A stretch of 64,000 nucleotides of DNA from a virus. Of this stretch, positions 41,538-51,014 are shown one piece after another. The DNA lies in IMG/VR virus record IMGVR_UViG_3300023082_000011, positions 410-64,409 of that record; one strand, given 5' to 3'. Every line of letters starts with the position of its first letter. The first letter of the stretch is position 1. Under the pieces are notes generated by a model. It saw only the letters and a program-made list of their open reading frames with translations. It was not told where the DNA came from and did not search any database. The position numbers were made by a program, and so were the translations under genes.

Positions 41538-42585
41538 CTTTTCTGTTATCTCATAGGCTCTTTATCCTATGATTCTGCACCTTCATTTGTTATACGTGCA
41601 GTTCAGACTATATCATCAGTATTTCTACTGCTGGACGCTCGTGTCAGCATTACTGTCCCAGTAGGACTCGGCTGTTAGTCGTTGAACCTTCAAAAGTGTT
41701 ACCACTTAAGCTTGGCTGCTGATAGTCCCCTTTAGTAGGATTTTCCAGCAATTCATCCAGTTTTACTCGGGCATTGGACAGAATGTACTTATTTTTAAAT
41801 ATCTTACTTGAATTAATATAATGATAGATGACCGTAGTAGTTTCAAAAATCTTTTTAGCTTGATCCACAGATTCAATTTCTGTGATTTCTTTTGTTTCAA
41901 TGTTAAGACAATACAACGTTTTATAGTTTTTTGGTATAGGAACTTTTCTTTGTTCCCACTTACCAGGGGGTTTAGCCCCTTTGTGTCTTATTTGAAACTG
42001 CCTTAATCTTTTTGAGTTCCTTCTCATACTATTTTGAATGTGCTTATCAGATATACCGATAAATTTAGCACATTCTGTATGACTTGGAAAACTCCTTAAA
42101 AAGTTACCTTCTAAGTCATACACATCTACAGATTTTCTTCCAGATAATAATTTCCCTTCTTCGTGAAGTTTCTTGACGGACTTAGAAATTTTTTCTCTCT
42201 GCTCGTCAGAAAATACCCTTAAAAGGCCCCCGATACCTTTATCGTGGGTGTTTGTCAAATCAAACCCTTTATCAAGATAATCTTTGATTATCTGTTGTTC
42301 TGCTTTATAACTCTCTTCCCAACCTTCTACTTCCGATATCATCTCAATTATAGGTGATAATCCCTTTTTTGCCAAACTTAGTATCCAACAATCCTTATGT
42401 GTTTTAGGATTACTACTTTTAGCTTTGGATTTGTGCCCTGATAATCTTACTTTTAAGGAATTTTTTGTTCTTCCTATATAGCGAATTAGATTTGTGGTTG
42501 GATCAGTGAGACTGTAGATCTTGACTTTCATTATATTGATTTGTCGTAAAGATATAAAATCTTATAATACAAACCAAATTTATTT
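41538..42585 (-). mobile_element. group I intron (~1.05 kb) with an internal GIY-YIG HEG, interrupting the RNR gene after the GSG codons
   Basis: Exon 1 ends ..LMLGSG with a T (U) as its last nucleotide (stop TAA two codons later), and exon 2 starts VGFS.., together rebuilding the conserved GGGVGFS motif; an S-element-like UGAUAUAGUCUG lies ~60 nt before an intronic ..AAAAG 3' end; HEG ORF 41650..42531. Confidence 0.5.
41650..42531 (-). CDS. GIY-YIG homing endonuclease (intron-encoded)
   Basis: KIYSLTDPTTNLIRYIGRTKNSLKVRLSGH; C-terminal DNA-binding-like region; sits between the two RNR exons. Confidence 0.75.
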   Translation of the reverse strand: MKVKIYSLTDPTTNLIRYIGRTKNSLKVRLSGHKSKAKSSNPKTHKDCWILSLAKKGLSPIIEMISEVEGWEESYKAEQQIIKDYLDKGFDLTNTHDKGIGGLLRVFSDEQREKISKSVKKLHEEGKLLSGRKSVDVYDLEGNFLRSFPSHTECAKFIGISDKHIQNSMRRNSKRLRQFQIRHKGAKPPGKWEQRKVPIPKNYKTLYCLNIETKEITEIESVDQAKKIFETTTVIYHYINSSKIFKNKYILSNARVKLDELLENPTKGDYQQPSLSGNTFEGSTTNSRVLLGQ

Positions 42586-42936
42586 ACCCGACCCTAACAT
42601 AAGCATATCCATGGTCCATGTAAAAGGCCTGATCGGCTCATTTACAACTACAAAAGCACAGTTTTGGAGTGATGCCAATCCTAATTTCTCTACCGTATCA
42701 GTGCCTAGTTGCCACATGAAACGCCCCGCTACGGAACCTTTCATGTTATGTCGCATGTCCCGATAAAATTCTTTTTCGTCATCCGTGAGAACAAGTTTAA
42801 GCTGTTTGTCTATACCTCTTAGTTCTCTCTCTACCGTTTCGGAAAATTCTTCCGTATTACCGTCCTTCTTAGTTCGGGCGTAAGTTCTTTTATAGGTTAT
42901 GTAACCCAATTCTCCCCACTTTACATCTCTCTGCAT
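42586..42936 (-). CDS. ribonucleotide reductase, exon 1 (N-terminal ~117 aa)
   Basis: YKRTYAR..EEFSETVERELRGI ... NCAFVVVNEPI ... LMLGSG matches the RNR N-terminal region through to the start of the GGGxG motif; ORF track 42580..42936. Confidence 0.6.
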
Positions 42937-43155
42937 TAAATCATTCCTCCCAATACCTTATCATATCCCACATCCTTGTTACCCTTAGCCACAATTCTGG
43001 CGTACATTTCCAGCCACTCATAAGTTGTCCCTGAAGATATGTGACCTATCTTAGGCAATGTTTTTAATCTTTCGTTCATCAAAATTAAAATTTAAAAAGA
43101 CGACGAAAATAGTACTTTCCGCCGTCTTTTACAAATATCTTATGGGATATCCTAT

Positions 43156-43479
43156 CTAATCAGCCAATAGATTTCCTTCATCTCCTGCCGCAGCGTTAAA
43201 CAGGATGGTATCCACGTCAACTTTCAGTATCTGGAACATATAAAAGAGTTCCTCGGCCTGATAGACCTGACTTCCGAGTATCACGGACATATCCCCAAGC
43301 ATCTTGATGTCCTTTGCCTTCAGCGTCATGGTAGTCTCAGCCTGGACACCTTCTTCCGAAAATTTTTGCATAAAAGAATTTATCTGGTCTTTTCTACTTT
43401 CGTACAGACTGTCCAAGCCCTGTTTCTTCTTTTGGAGGATACCCTGTAGGGCCGCCGCTCTTTCTTCTTTGTTTTTCAT
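43156..43479 (-). CDS. hypothetical protein (107 aa)
   Basis: ORF track. Confidence 0.35.
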   Translation of the reverse strand: MKNKEERAAALQGILQKKKQGLDSLYESRKDQINSFMQKFSEEGVQAETTMTLKAKDIKMLGDMSVILGSQVYQAEELFYMFQILKVDVDTILFNAAAGDEGNLLAD

Positions 43480-43506
43480 TTTTTTTGTTTTAAGTTAGGC
43501 ATTAAC

Positions 43507-44037
43507 TTACCTGTTTGTACCAACGTTTAGTGCTAGTGTAATCGGTAATTTTATACTTGTATGCAAAGGTTCCTTGGATAGGAAATCCACTTCGTATTCT
43601 TTCAATTCTATCTCTTTTGCGAAACTTCCTTTCCTAAGGTACGTTACATTAAAATCTCCGGCAGTTTTGATTTCCATCGTGGCTGATTTTAAAATCATGG
43701 TATACTTCGTTGTTCCGTTCAGGTGCAATGCCATCAACCTGTCAAATGTGGGTTGAAATGAATCCGTCACGGGATATGGCTGTTCACTGTACAAAATCTG
43801 TATGACCCTGTCTTGTTCCAGTGCGGCCGTGAATTTCCTCAAAACCTCGTTGACGTCCCAAATCGTATCCCCTTTCACACATAGCGGCAACAACAACTCA
43901 TTGGGACCTATAGTCATGTGTATCTTTACAAAATAATAGCTGTTGTCCATACCAAGGTTAATTTTAAACCAAGATAGGATTTTCTTCCAGATTTTGATGA
44001 TTTTTTTCATGTGTATTCCGTTTTTCCCGGGCCACAC
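43507..44037 (-). CDS. hypothetical protein (176 aa)
   Basis: ORF track. Confidence 0.4.
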   Translation of the reverse strand: MWPGKNGIHMKKIIKIWKKILSWFKINLGMDNSYYFVKIHMTIGPNELLLPLCVKGDTIWDVNEVLRKFTAALEQDRVIQILYSEQPYPVTDSFQPTFDRLMALHLNGTTKYTMILKSATMEIKTAGDFNVTYLRKGSFAKEIELKEYEVDFLSKEPLHTSIKLPITLALNVGTNR

Positions 44038-44271
44038 GAAAAAGGCTTTTGGTAGCCCGGCTATAATTTTTGATTAATTAAACCGAGCTTTAGGCAGCTA
44101 TGTTACTTCTTCTCTTTTTTAGGCTTCGCCACGGCAGCCAATTTCTTGTCGAAATCCTCCGTTTTTTTATCACCGTACTTCTTGATAAGTTCCTCGTCGG
44201 TGAGTCCTTTTTTCTTTTCTGGCATGAGCTTGTTTTTAGTTATGCAAATTTAGGATTTTCTTTGTTATATT

Positions 44272-44532
44272 TTAGCTAGGTTTCGGATCATAGCCGGGGA
44301 GTATGAATTTTGCTTCAAACTCTTCGTATGAACCATATATCCTGATACTTTTAACTACGTCCTCCACCTTGATTACGTGTGTAATTTCCATTACGTTTTC
44401 TTCCTTGTCGGCAGTAACGTATAAATAATCTTTCTTTTCGTCGGTCTGTTTGCTTAGTTTAAGGCCTGAAATTTCATCCGAGTGTACAAAACCCCGTTGT
44501 TCAAATTCTTCTATAAAAACTGATGTTATCAT
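44272..44532 (-). CDS. hypothetical protein (86 aa)
   Basis: ORF track. Confidence 0.35.
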   Translation of the reverse strand: MITSVFIEEFEQRGFVHSDEISGLKLSKQTDEKKDYLYVTADKEENVMEITHVIKVEDVVKSIRIYGSYEEFEAKFILPGYDPKPS

Positions 44533-44595
44533 TGTTAAGATATTAATTCAGACCTTCTAACGATAGGTGCCCTCCATTGTTACAGTTTACAGAAA

Positions 44596-44841
44596 TTATT
44601 TCACAACTAACAAATCCTCCACCGTGACATCCAAAGCCACGGCTATCCTGTAAAGGTTCTTTATGGTGGGGTTTATGCGTCCCGACTCAAGACGCCTTAT
44701 TGCGGAATCCTCGGTACCCAGCATGCTTGCCAACGTGGCCTGCGTCATTCCCTTTTCCTTTCGTACGGCCTTGATGTTTAGGCCTATGTTTTTTACGTAT
44801 TCGTCCTCGTTCATAGGGATGAATGTATCCCGTGTTCGCAT
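44596..44841 (-). CDS. XRE-family helix-turn-helix transcriptional regulator (Cro/CI-like)
   Basis: GMTQATLASMLGTEDSAIRRLESGRINPTIKNLYRIAVALDVTVEDLL is the canonical HTH_3 signature. Confidence 0.7.
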   Translation of the reverse strand: MRTRDTFIPMNEDEYVKNIGLNIKAVRKEKGMTQATLASMLGTEDSAIRRLESGRINPTIKNLYRIAVALDVTVEDLLVVK

Positions 44842-44907
44842 TTTATATCAGGACGGATGTGTTCTGTTTTGAAATTCTTTCTACATTTGGCTAAATTAAT
44901 TAACGCC

Positions 44908-45327
44908 ATGAAAAAACTCTTTTTCCTTACCGTCTCCATACTTGCCCTAGCATTTTCGGGCTGCGACAAGGAGTCCGTCGAATCGAAATACATCGTCGCC
45001 GTGACGGCGGAAAACTATTCCGACGAACTTATGATAATGTACCAATCCAACCTTACCTACCAAAAATACGATCCCGACAAAAACATGCCGTTCCTTGACC
45101 TGTCGAACGGTGAAGCCGTCATAGAGGCGTACAAAAAGGATGAGGTAAAATTTCATTTCAAGGCTTATCCGACCGCCCCTCCCCAGCAGGTACAGGGCTA
45201 CACCATACACATGGACATTTTCGTGAGAAAATCCAACGGAACCAGGGGCAACAAGGTGGCGGGTTTTGACCTTTCCTGCGGCGTGACGAGTACGGAAGGC
45301 ACCATCGTCGTCAACGTGGAATCTTAA
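44908..45327 (+). CDS. lipoprotein
   Basis: MKKLFFLTVSILALAFSGC signal peptide plus lipobox; plus strand, divergent from the HTH gene. Confidence 0.5.
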   Translation: MKKLFFLTVSILALAFSGCDKESVESKYIVAVTAENYSDELMIMYQSNLTYQKYDPDKNMPFLDLSNGEAVIEAYKKDEVKFHFKAYPTAPPQQVQGYTIHMDIFVRKSNGTRGNKVAGFDLSCGVTSTEGTIVVNVES

Positions 45328-45329
45328 TT

Positions 45330-45878
45330 ATGAAATCATCACTTATCATCATCTTCGTTTTGCTTAGTGGTAGTTTGTATTCGCAAAGTAACTACTACTT
45401 AGGATATGAGGAAGGATACCGCAACGGCTGCTCATGTAACGCATATCCTCCGAATTCAAACCATGTATACAAAAACGGGAGTTATGACCAAGGCTTCCTT
45501 GACGGAAAATTGGAGGGGCGTTTGAGAAAACTTGAAGGTACTTCCCAACCACAGCAAAGACCCGCCCTAACATACCCTAACAATTCATACAGGTCTACAC
45601 AGGCGGATTTACTATATCAATCGTTAGCTTACAAACAACAACTTTATGACAAGCGTGTGGTGAAGTTGCAGGAGCTTGTGGATGATTTTTGGTACGTATA
45701 CGCGCTCAAAACTAAAAAGTATGGCAACAATGTGCCCAAGGAACTATCGGATTACGCAAACGAAGTTATTGACGTATTGGCAAAACAGACAAATGTGGAC
45801 CTATCGAATGAAAGTATATGGTCGGGCATATATAACTACTATCTAAAGCACAGAAACAACGTAGCCGCGTGGCAATAA
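45330..45878 (+). CDS. secreted protein with a signal peptide (182 aa)
   Basis: MKSSLIIIFVLLSGSLYSQ. Confidence 0.45.
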   Translation: MKSSLIIIFVLLSGSLYSQSNYYLGYEEGYRNGCSCNAYPPNSNHVYKNGSYDQGFLDGKLEGRLRKLEGTSQPQQRPALTYPNNSYRSTQADLLYQSLAYKQQLYDKRVVKLQELVDDFWYVYALKTKKYGNNVPKELSDYANEVIDVLAKQTNVDLSNESIWSGIYNYYLKHRNNVAAWQ

Positions 45879-45884
45879 TTTACT

Positions 45885-46271
45885 ATGTTTAACAATCAAA
45901 TGGATGCAATGGAAAGAAGAAATACGGTGTACGGCACAGACATTACAACAATTTATGATTACGATACATTAAATTCCTTAAAAGATAGGCTCAATAAAGA
46001 GTTTTCTGTCCCAAATGCGTTTTTCTGTCTATCCACCGTGAATGAATTGGATTATGATAGAATTTCTGTTGCCGTAACCCAAAACATGATGCCGTCAGGC
46101 ATAGATCAATTAAAGTCTGGGTACATACAACAAAGGATAGTATCTAACTTTAAAACCCAGGAGTTGCAGATAGTTTTTGTTAAATTCACTCAAGAGCCAT
46201 TTGGACTAGAAATTATGAGACTTGTAAGCTTAGTGAATGTTTTACCATATCGGGAGCTCATACCTTCATGA
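45885..46271 (+). CDS. hypothetical protein (128 aa)
   Basis: ORF track; plus-strand operon with the two preceding genes. Confidence 0.4.
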   Translation: MFNNQMDAMERRNTVYGTDITTIYDYDTLNSLKDRLNKEFSVPNAFFCLSTVNELDYDRISVAVTQNMMPSGIDQLKSGYIQQRIVSNFKTQELQIVFVKFTQEPFGLEIMRLVSLVNVLPYRELIPS

Positions 46272-46439
46272 TTTCTGACTAATACAAAGAAAACGACCCG
46301 TCTTCCTTTAGTGATTTTACAATATACAAAATCATATATCGACAAAATCATCAACAAGATGTGAATTAAAATTACTTTACTCTTTTTCATAAACCCTTCA
46401 ACTTTCCCCGGGCAAACGAAAAGAGGACAGTCTGCTTGA

Positions 46440-47520
46440 CAAATGCCCGGAGTAAATTAGTTAGTTAATCCAGACAACTGTCGTCCATTATTTTTGAATC
46501 AAATCTGCATATTTCAAGTTCTCCCTACCCATCCTAAGTAACGTGAGGTTGAACTTCTGTGTAGGTTTTTCTTCGCGTTCGTTATATCGGAATGCCATCT
46601 CGTCGCAATACTTCTGTAAGTGTTTCCTGCTTACCTGATAGTACGTTCCTATGATGCTTCTTTTTAGGTGGCTCCAATGGTTTTCAACTGGATTACTTGT
46701 ATATCCGTCGTCAGTCACGTAATTCTTGGCTCCGTGGTTCACGACTTTTTGGTTGTAGTACCTGTCCAATCCCGCATAACCCGTCCACTCGTCGGTGACT
46801 ATGGTAGACCCCTGCGGTACGAGTTCCCATACCAAAGGCTGTAATGTCATTGATTTGGTGTCGGGAACCACCTTAGTGTACACCTTTCCGTCCTGCATCA
46901 TACCGAATACCGGAGTCTTGTCTTTGTAACTGCGGCCTTGCGATTGCTTTACTTTCTTGTCCGCGTGACGGTTCTTGTTTTTTCCTCCCACAAATGTCTC
47001 GTCCATGGTTATCACCATATCCTGTTGTATGTCGGGAACATCCTGCTTATAGGAATGTCTTATCCGGCTAAGCATGAACCAGGCCGTCTTTTGGGTCAAA
47101 CCCAGATCCTCGGCAAGCTGATAGGAACTTATCCCGCGTTTATGGGACGAAAACAGGTAGACCGCAATGAACCAATGGCGAAGGCCGATGGGCGAGTTCT
47201 CGAATATCGTCCCAACCCGAACCGTGTACCTCTTTCTGCAAGTTCCGCATTTGTAGAGGCCGTTAAACTCTCCCTTTACGTTGAGTTTGTATGCTTTCTG
47301 TCCTTCGCAGTGCGGACATTTGGGTTTGCCTTCCCACAGCACATCTTCCAGGTATTCCCTGCACGATTTCTCGTCGGGCAGCACCCTCAACATTTCCGCA
47401 AACGACTTGAATTCCAATTTACACATAACCAGAACTTTAAAGTGTATAAATTTACTGAATCGGGGTGAAACGGGCAAATATGTTGTTCAAATTCCTATGA
47501 AAATTTTGTTAATTTTAGAA
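46440..47520 (-). mobile_element. IS1595-family insertion sequence (ends approximate)
   Basis: Contains the single transposase gene 46488..47477; terminal inverted repeats not confidently resolved by eye. Confidence 0.4.
46488..47477 (-). CDS. IS1595-family DDE transposase
   Basis: N-terminal zinc ribbon CPHCEG..CGTCRKRY, HTH, MVITMDETFVGG, TIVTDEWTGY, VVNHG, NPVENHWSHLKR and AFRYNER follow the IS1595/ISXO2 transposase motif order. Confidence 0.8.
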   Translation of the reverse strand: MPVSPRFSKFIHFKVLVMCKLEFKSFAEMLRVLPDEKSCREYLEDVLWEGKPKCPHCEGQKAYKLNVKGEFNGLYKCGTCRKRYTVRVGTIFENSPIGLRHWFIAVYLFSSHKRGISSYQLAEDLGLTQKTAWFMLSRIRHSYKQDVPDIQQDMVITMDETFVGGKNKNRHADKKVKQSQGRSYKDKTPVFGMMQDGKVYTKVVPDTKSMTLQPLVWELVPQGSTIVTDEWTGYAGLDRYYNQKVVNHGAKNYVTDDGYTSNPVENHWSHLKRSIIGTYYQVSRKHLQKYCDEMAFRYNEREEKPTQKFNLTLLRMGRENLKYADLIQK

Positions 47521-47521
47521 C

Positions 47522-48067
47522 ATGAAATTTGAACCAAAAAGTATGCTTATTATAAGGATTAGTGAAGATGTATCAGACAGGTACGTAAATACCTTACGGC
47601 TTCTTAATCTGGAGTATAACATAAGCACCGTCCATTTTGAAGCCGATGACGAAGAGGAGATTAAGGCGGCTTTGTGTTCGGGCACTTACGATTATATCTA
47701 TTTTGCGGGGCATGGTGATGAATCGGCATTTTCAAACCGTGAAGGCTTTATGATGACTTGGGAGGATTTGGCCTCAACCTTATGTCTTTCCGATGCACTC
47801 AACGAAAACTCCACTTTGATGATGTATTGTTGCAAAGGCGGTTCAAAGAATGCCGTGCAGACATTGATGGAGGGTTGTAAAAAGATATCCTACGTTTGCG
47901 GTTCTATGGACGACTCTTTCAGCATGGAACTTCTTATGTGTTTTTCGTTGTTTATATACAATGTGGAATACAGAAAGAAAGATCCGCTGACCGCATCCTT
48001 AATGTCTTCAGAGGCTACCGGTGCCAAATTTTATTGTGTACCCCGGGTTGTTATCACCTGTGATTAG
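47522..48067 (+). CDS. small caspase/CHAT-like protein (His-Cys dyad candidate)
   Basis: YIYFAGHGDESAF and LMMYCCKGGS resemble the H-G and C catalytic motifs of the peptidase C14/CHAT fold; 181 aa. Confidence 0.3.
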   Translation: MKFEPKSMLIIRISEDVSDRYVNTLRLLNLEYNISTVHFEADDEEEIKAALCSGTYDYIYFAGHGDESAFSNREGFMMTWEDLASTLCLSDALNENSTLMMYCCKGGSKNAVQTLMEGCKKISYVCGSMDDSFSMELLMCFSLFIYNVEYRKKDPLTASLMSSEATGAKFYCVPRVVITCD

Positions 48068-48380
48068 CAAGTCTATATGTTGGCTGCATATACTTTGTGT
48101 CGAACCTTTGACAAGTATATTTACTCCGCTTCCAACCATTTCGTCAATCAGTAAGTTTGCCTTGCCTACCAATTCTAACAGCTCCCTCTTTTTTTCTTCA
48201 AACCCTTCTTTCATCCGTTATATCTAATTTTTGGTACAACTTAGTAAGTTAATGCCATGCCTTAAGTTATTTTAAGCTACATCAACACCACGGCTACCAG
48301 TCCAAAGAATATCAGCAAGTCTTTCCAACCGTTTCCGTCGTTATATGGATCGGGTTGCCAAAAGGTAGGTTTAAGTAGCA

Positions 48381-49100
48381 TCATTGTTTGAATATTTTTA
48401 GATATGTAGTGTATAAGTCTGAAATCTCTTCCACGGCCTGATTAACTTTTTTAAGTGCAAAATCTACCCGTTCCTTGTTGTAGTCCAGAGGTATGACAAA
48501 TTGTTCTTTTGAAATTTTAAGCGGCGGCCTTACATGGCTTCCTTCGCGACGTATAAAGTAAACGTCTATACCTTCAATGATTTCTCCCAGCAATTCCTCT
48601 GCATAAGCATAAAGAATTAATTGGATATATTCTTTATCAGAGTACTTTGACTCTTTTAATTTTCCACCTGTTTTCTGATCCCGGCACCAGACACCCTTTT
48701 CACCCTTAGTCCAAACGTCAATGAAGCCTATTATGAAGTATTCTTCACATTCTATGACCACCATTTTTTCATATAAGGCCCCTTCTGGCCTCAACACTTT
48801 CAAATTCATGTTTTGCTGCCCTTCGAAGCCGTAAGGATTCTCTTGGGAAAAGAAGCCGTTCTCCAAAGCTTCCCCGCACCAAGTACCAAATTCTCCATAT
48901 ATGCCTTGTGGCAATTCAATTTTGGCGAACTTCTGCTTAATAAAATCGGCCCTGTAGTTAAACCAAGAGTCTATCGAAGAGTACGATATGTAAGGCTGCC
49001 CCAACAAATGTTTCAACCTGTGCTGGTTTTCCGGTCTGTCCTTATAGAACCATGTATCTTTCGTGAGTACGCTTGGTAAGTTTATTTTTCCTTTTCCCAT
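48381..49100 (-). CDS. PD-(D/E)xK nuclease of the Cas4/RecB family
   Basis: IIGFIDVWTKGEKGVWCRDQKTGG matches the hhGxhD...DxKTG signature. Confidence 0.45.
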   Translation of the reverse strand: MGKGKINLPSVLTKDTWFYKDRPENQHRLKHLLGQPYISYSSIDSWFNYRADFIKQKFAKIELPQGIYGEFGTWCGEALENGFFSQENPYGFEGQQNMNLKVLRPEGALYEKMVVIECEEYFIIGFIDVWTKGEKGVWCRDQKTGGKLKESKYSDKEYIQLILYAYAEELLGEIIEGIDVYFIRREGSHVRPPLKISKEQFVIPLDYNKERVDFALKKVNQAVEEISDLYTTYLKIFKQ

Positions 49101-50080
49101 TATTTATTCAACCCTTCAATTACCGCTTTGACATCTTCCTCTTTCTGTTGTATGGTAGCCTTCGTATCCTGATCCTGGTTCTCAAAATCTTCCCTTACCA
49201 AAACTCCACGTAAGATGGTGAACAGATTTTCCTTGTCCTTCTTTGTAAGTTTTTTCTTGGAAGTTAATTTCAAGATTTCGTCCTTGTTCTCTTCGCTGAT
49301 TCCTCGGTCTTCGTAGATTTTTTGTAGGAGTGACTTTTCTGGGTGAACTTGTTCTACTGTACTACTGTCAGTTTTATTAACTATTACTACATCAAAATTC
49401 TCCCAACGCATTTTGTAAAATAGTTGTACTAAAGCAATTATATCCTTTACAACGTACTCATTTATGAGTTTAATTCCGTTAGTCCAATATTCTTCGCTTA
49501 CCTTACTTCCTTCAATTTCACCATCCTTTGGAGATACTACGTTATAAAGGTAGCAAACTTCATCAAAGGACGGGTTATTGTAAAAAGTACCTCGTGTGTG
49601 CTGCATTAAATCAATAACCTTTTTCATGTCCCACTCCTTTTTCCCGGAGGGGTTGAAGTCATCTTTTAATTTGGCGGCTATATCAAAATGTCTCGCTGAA
49701 CAGCTTACTATGGTGGGCAGATCAAAATTGATTCCATTAAAAGTTACAAGGTATTCGAATTGTCTGGATATATCGCAGAACTGTTTGATTATCTCTGCTT
49801 CTTCGCCATAAATGGATTTTACACGTAACTCCCCTTTGACAACATATCCGACACCTATGCATACAATCTTGTTGTAACACATACGTAAGGCAGCCTCTTT
49901 TTGGTAAAGATCTAAGATTTCTGCGTTAGGGGGAAACTCTCCCGTTGTTTTGTTCCTGTTCTTTTTCGCAAACAGTTGAAACTCTTTTGAATCTAAGTCT
50001 AAATCTTTACTTCTTCTAACACACTCTATGTCAACGAACAGACATTCCGTTATCTTTATTGCTTTTAATTTATTGTTCAT
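49100..50080 (-). CDS. DEDD-family 3'-5' exonuclease (RNase H-like fold)
   Basis: Exo I FVDIECV (DxE), Exo II FNGINFDLP, Exo III-like YNNPSFDEVCYLYN. Confidence 0.5.
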   Translation of the reverse strand: MNNKLKAIKITECLFVDIECVRRSKDLDLDSKEFQLFAKKNRNKTTGEFPPNAEILDLYQKEAALRMCYNKIVCIGVGYVVKGELRVKSIYGEEAEIIKQFCDISRQFEYLVTFNGINFDLPTIVSCSARHFDIAAKLKDDFNPSGKKEWDMKKVIDLMQHTRGTFYNNPSFDEVCYLYNVVSPKDGEIEGSKVSEEYWTNGIKLINEYVVKDIIALVQLFYKMRWENFDVVIVNKTDSSTVEQVHPEKSLLQKIYEDRGISEENKDEILKLTSKKKLTKKDKENLFTILRGVLVREDFENQDQDTKATIQQKEEDVKAVIEGLNK

Positions 50081-51014
50081 TATAGTCTTGTTTTATGTAA
50101 TAGTCGTGATAATAACATTCAACAGGATTTATTGTTAAACATTCAGTGTGCCCTTTGAAATGAATTTTAGGTTCATATTTGTAATTACTAAATTCTTTTA
50201 AGAATCTTTGCTCTAACTTATAACATTCCACCATATTGTTAGGTTCACTATATAATAACTCCACGTTGTAGGACTTTTTAAAACTATTTGTTCTGTAATT
50301 TATCCTAGATTTGGAGGTGACCCCTATTTTATAAAATGATTCTGAATTGTTAGACAATCTTAGGATATAGGTATAACCCTCTATCTTACTTAGGTATTCT
50401 TTATGAGTACAGATTGTCTCTTCCGTGTATGTTATTGTACCTGGCATACATTTTGGACACGATTGTTTATTATTAATGTGTCTATCGGGAGATTGTAAGT
50501 AAGTCATGTCGTGAATTTTACATCTAAAAATACTTTTAGTAGTGCTCGTGCTATAAGTAAATTTTGAGTAGTCAATATTGTCCCAATCTTTTCTACAATC
50601 TTTGTTTTTTCTTAGCCAAAAATCAGTTTTGTCTGAGGCTGACCCTATGACAAACTTTTTTAATACTTTTAGTTTGCTAAGTTTCATCCTCATTATCCCA
50701 TGTATAGTATCAAGAAAACATAAACCGTTTTCATACTTTAATACCGAATTTATTTGCTCAGATATCTCAGGATTTCTTTCCGATATTATGTTGTAAATAA
50801 ACATCTTTTCATTTTCTGAGGATCCTACTCTTCTTTTACTAGTAATTAAACTCAAAATATCTTTATAGGTCATTAAGAATTCTCCATACCTATCTTCACA
50901 TAATATAAGTCGATTTATTCTTTTCTTAACTATAAACTTTTCTTGTCTATAATCTTCGCAAACTTCTGACAACTTCTCCCTAAGATTTTCTATTGTATAC
51001 TTAGTATTACCCAT
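50070..51014 (-). CDS. T5orf172 (GIY-YIG-like) domain protein
   Basis: GYTYILRLSNNSESFYKIGVTSKSRINYRTNSF resembles the T5orf172/MUG113 core; CPKC zinc motif upstream. Confidence 0.45.
   Translation of the reverse strand: MGNTKYTIENLREKLSEVCEDYRQEKFIVKKRINRLILCEDRYGEFLMTYKDILSLITSKRRVGSSENEKMFIYNIISERNPEISEQINSVLKYENGLCFLDTIHGIMRMKLSKLKVLKKFVIGSASDKTDFWLRKNKDCRKDWDNIDYSKFTYSTSTTKSIFRCKIHDMTYLQSPDRHINNKQSCPKCMPGTITYTEETICTHKEYLSKIEGYTYILRLSNNSESFYKIGVTSKSRINYRTNSFKKSYNVELLYSEPNNMVECYKLEQRFLKEFSNYKYEPKIHFKGHTECLTINPVECYYHDYYIKQDYNEQ

Noticed and set aside
1-44000. This being a bacterial chromosomal segment rather than a phage.
   Set aside because: About 44 kb of uninterrupted same-strand, overlap-coupled small genes with phage-typical functions (PolB, Prim-Pol, Pnk/Rnl, HEGs, intron-split RNR, lysis genes) and no housekeeping genes. 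A prophage state cannot be excluded, but no integrase or att junction was seen.
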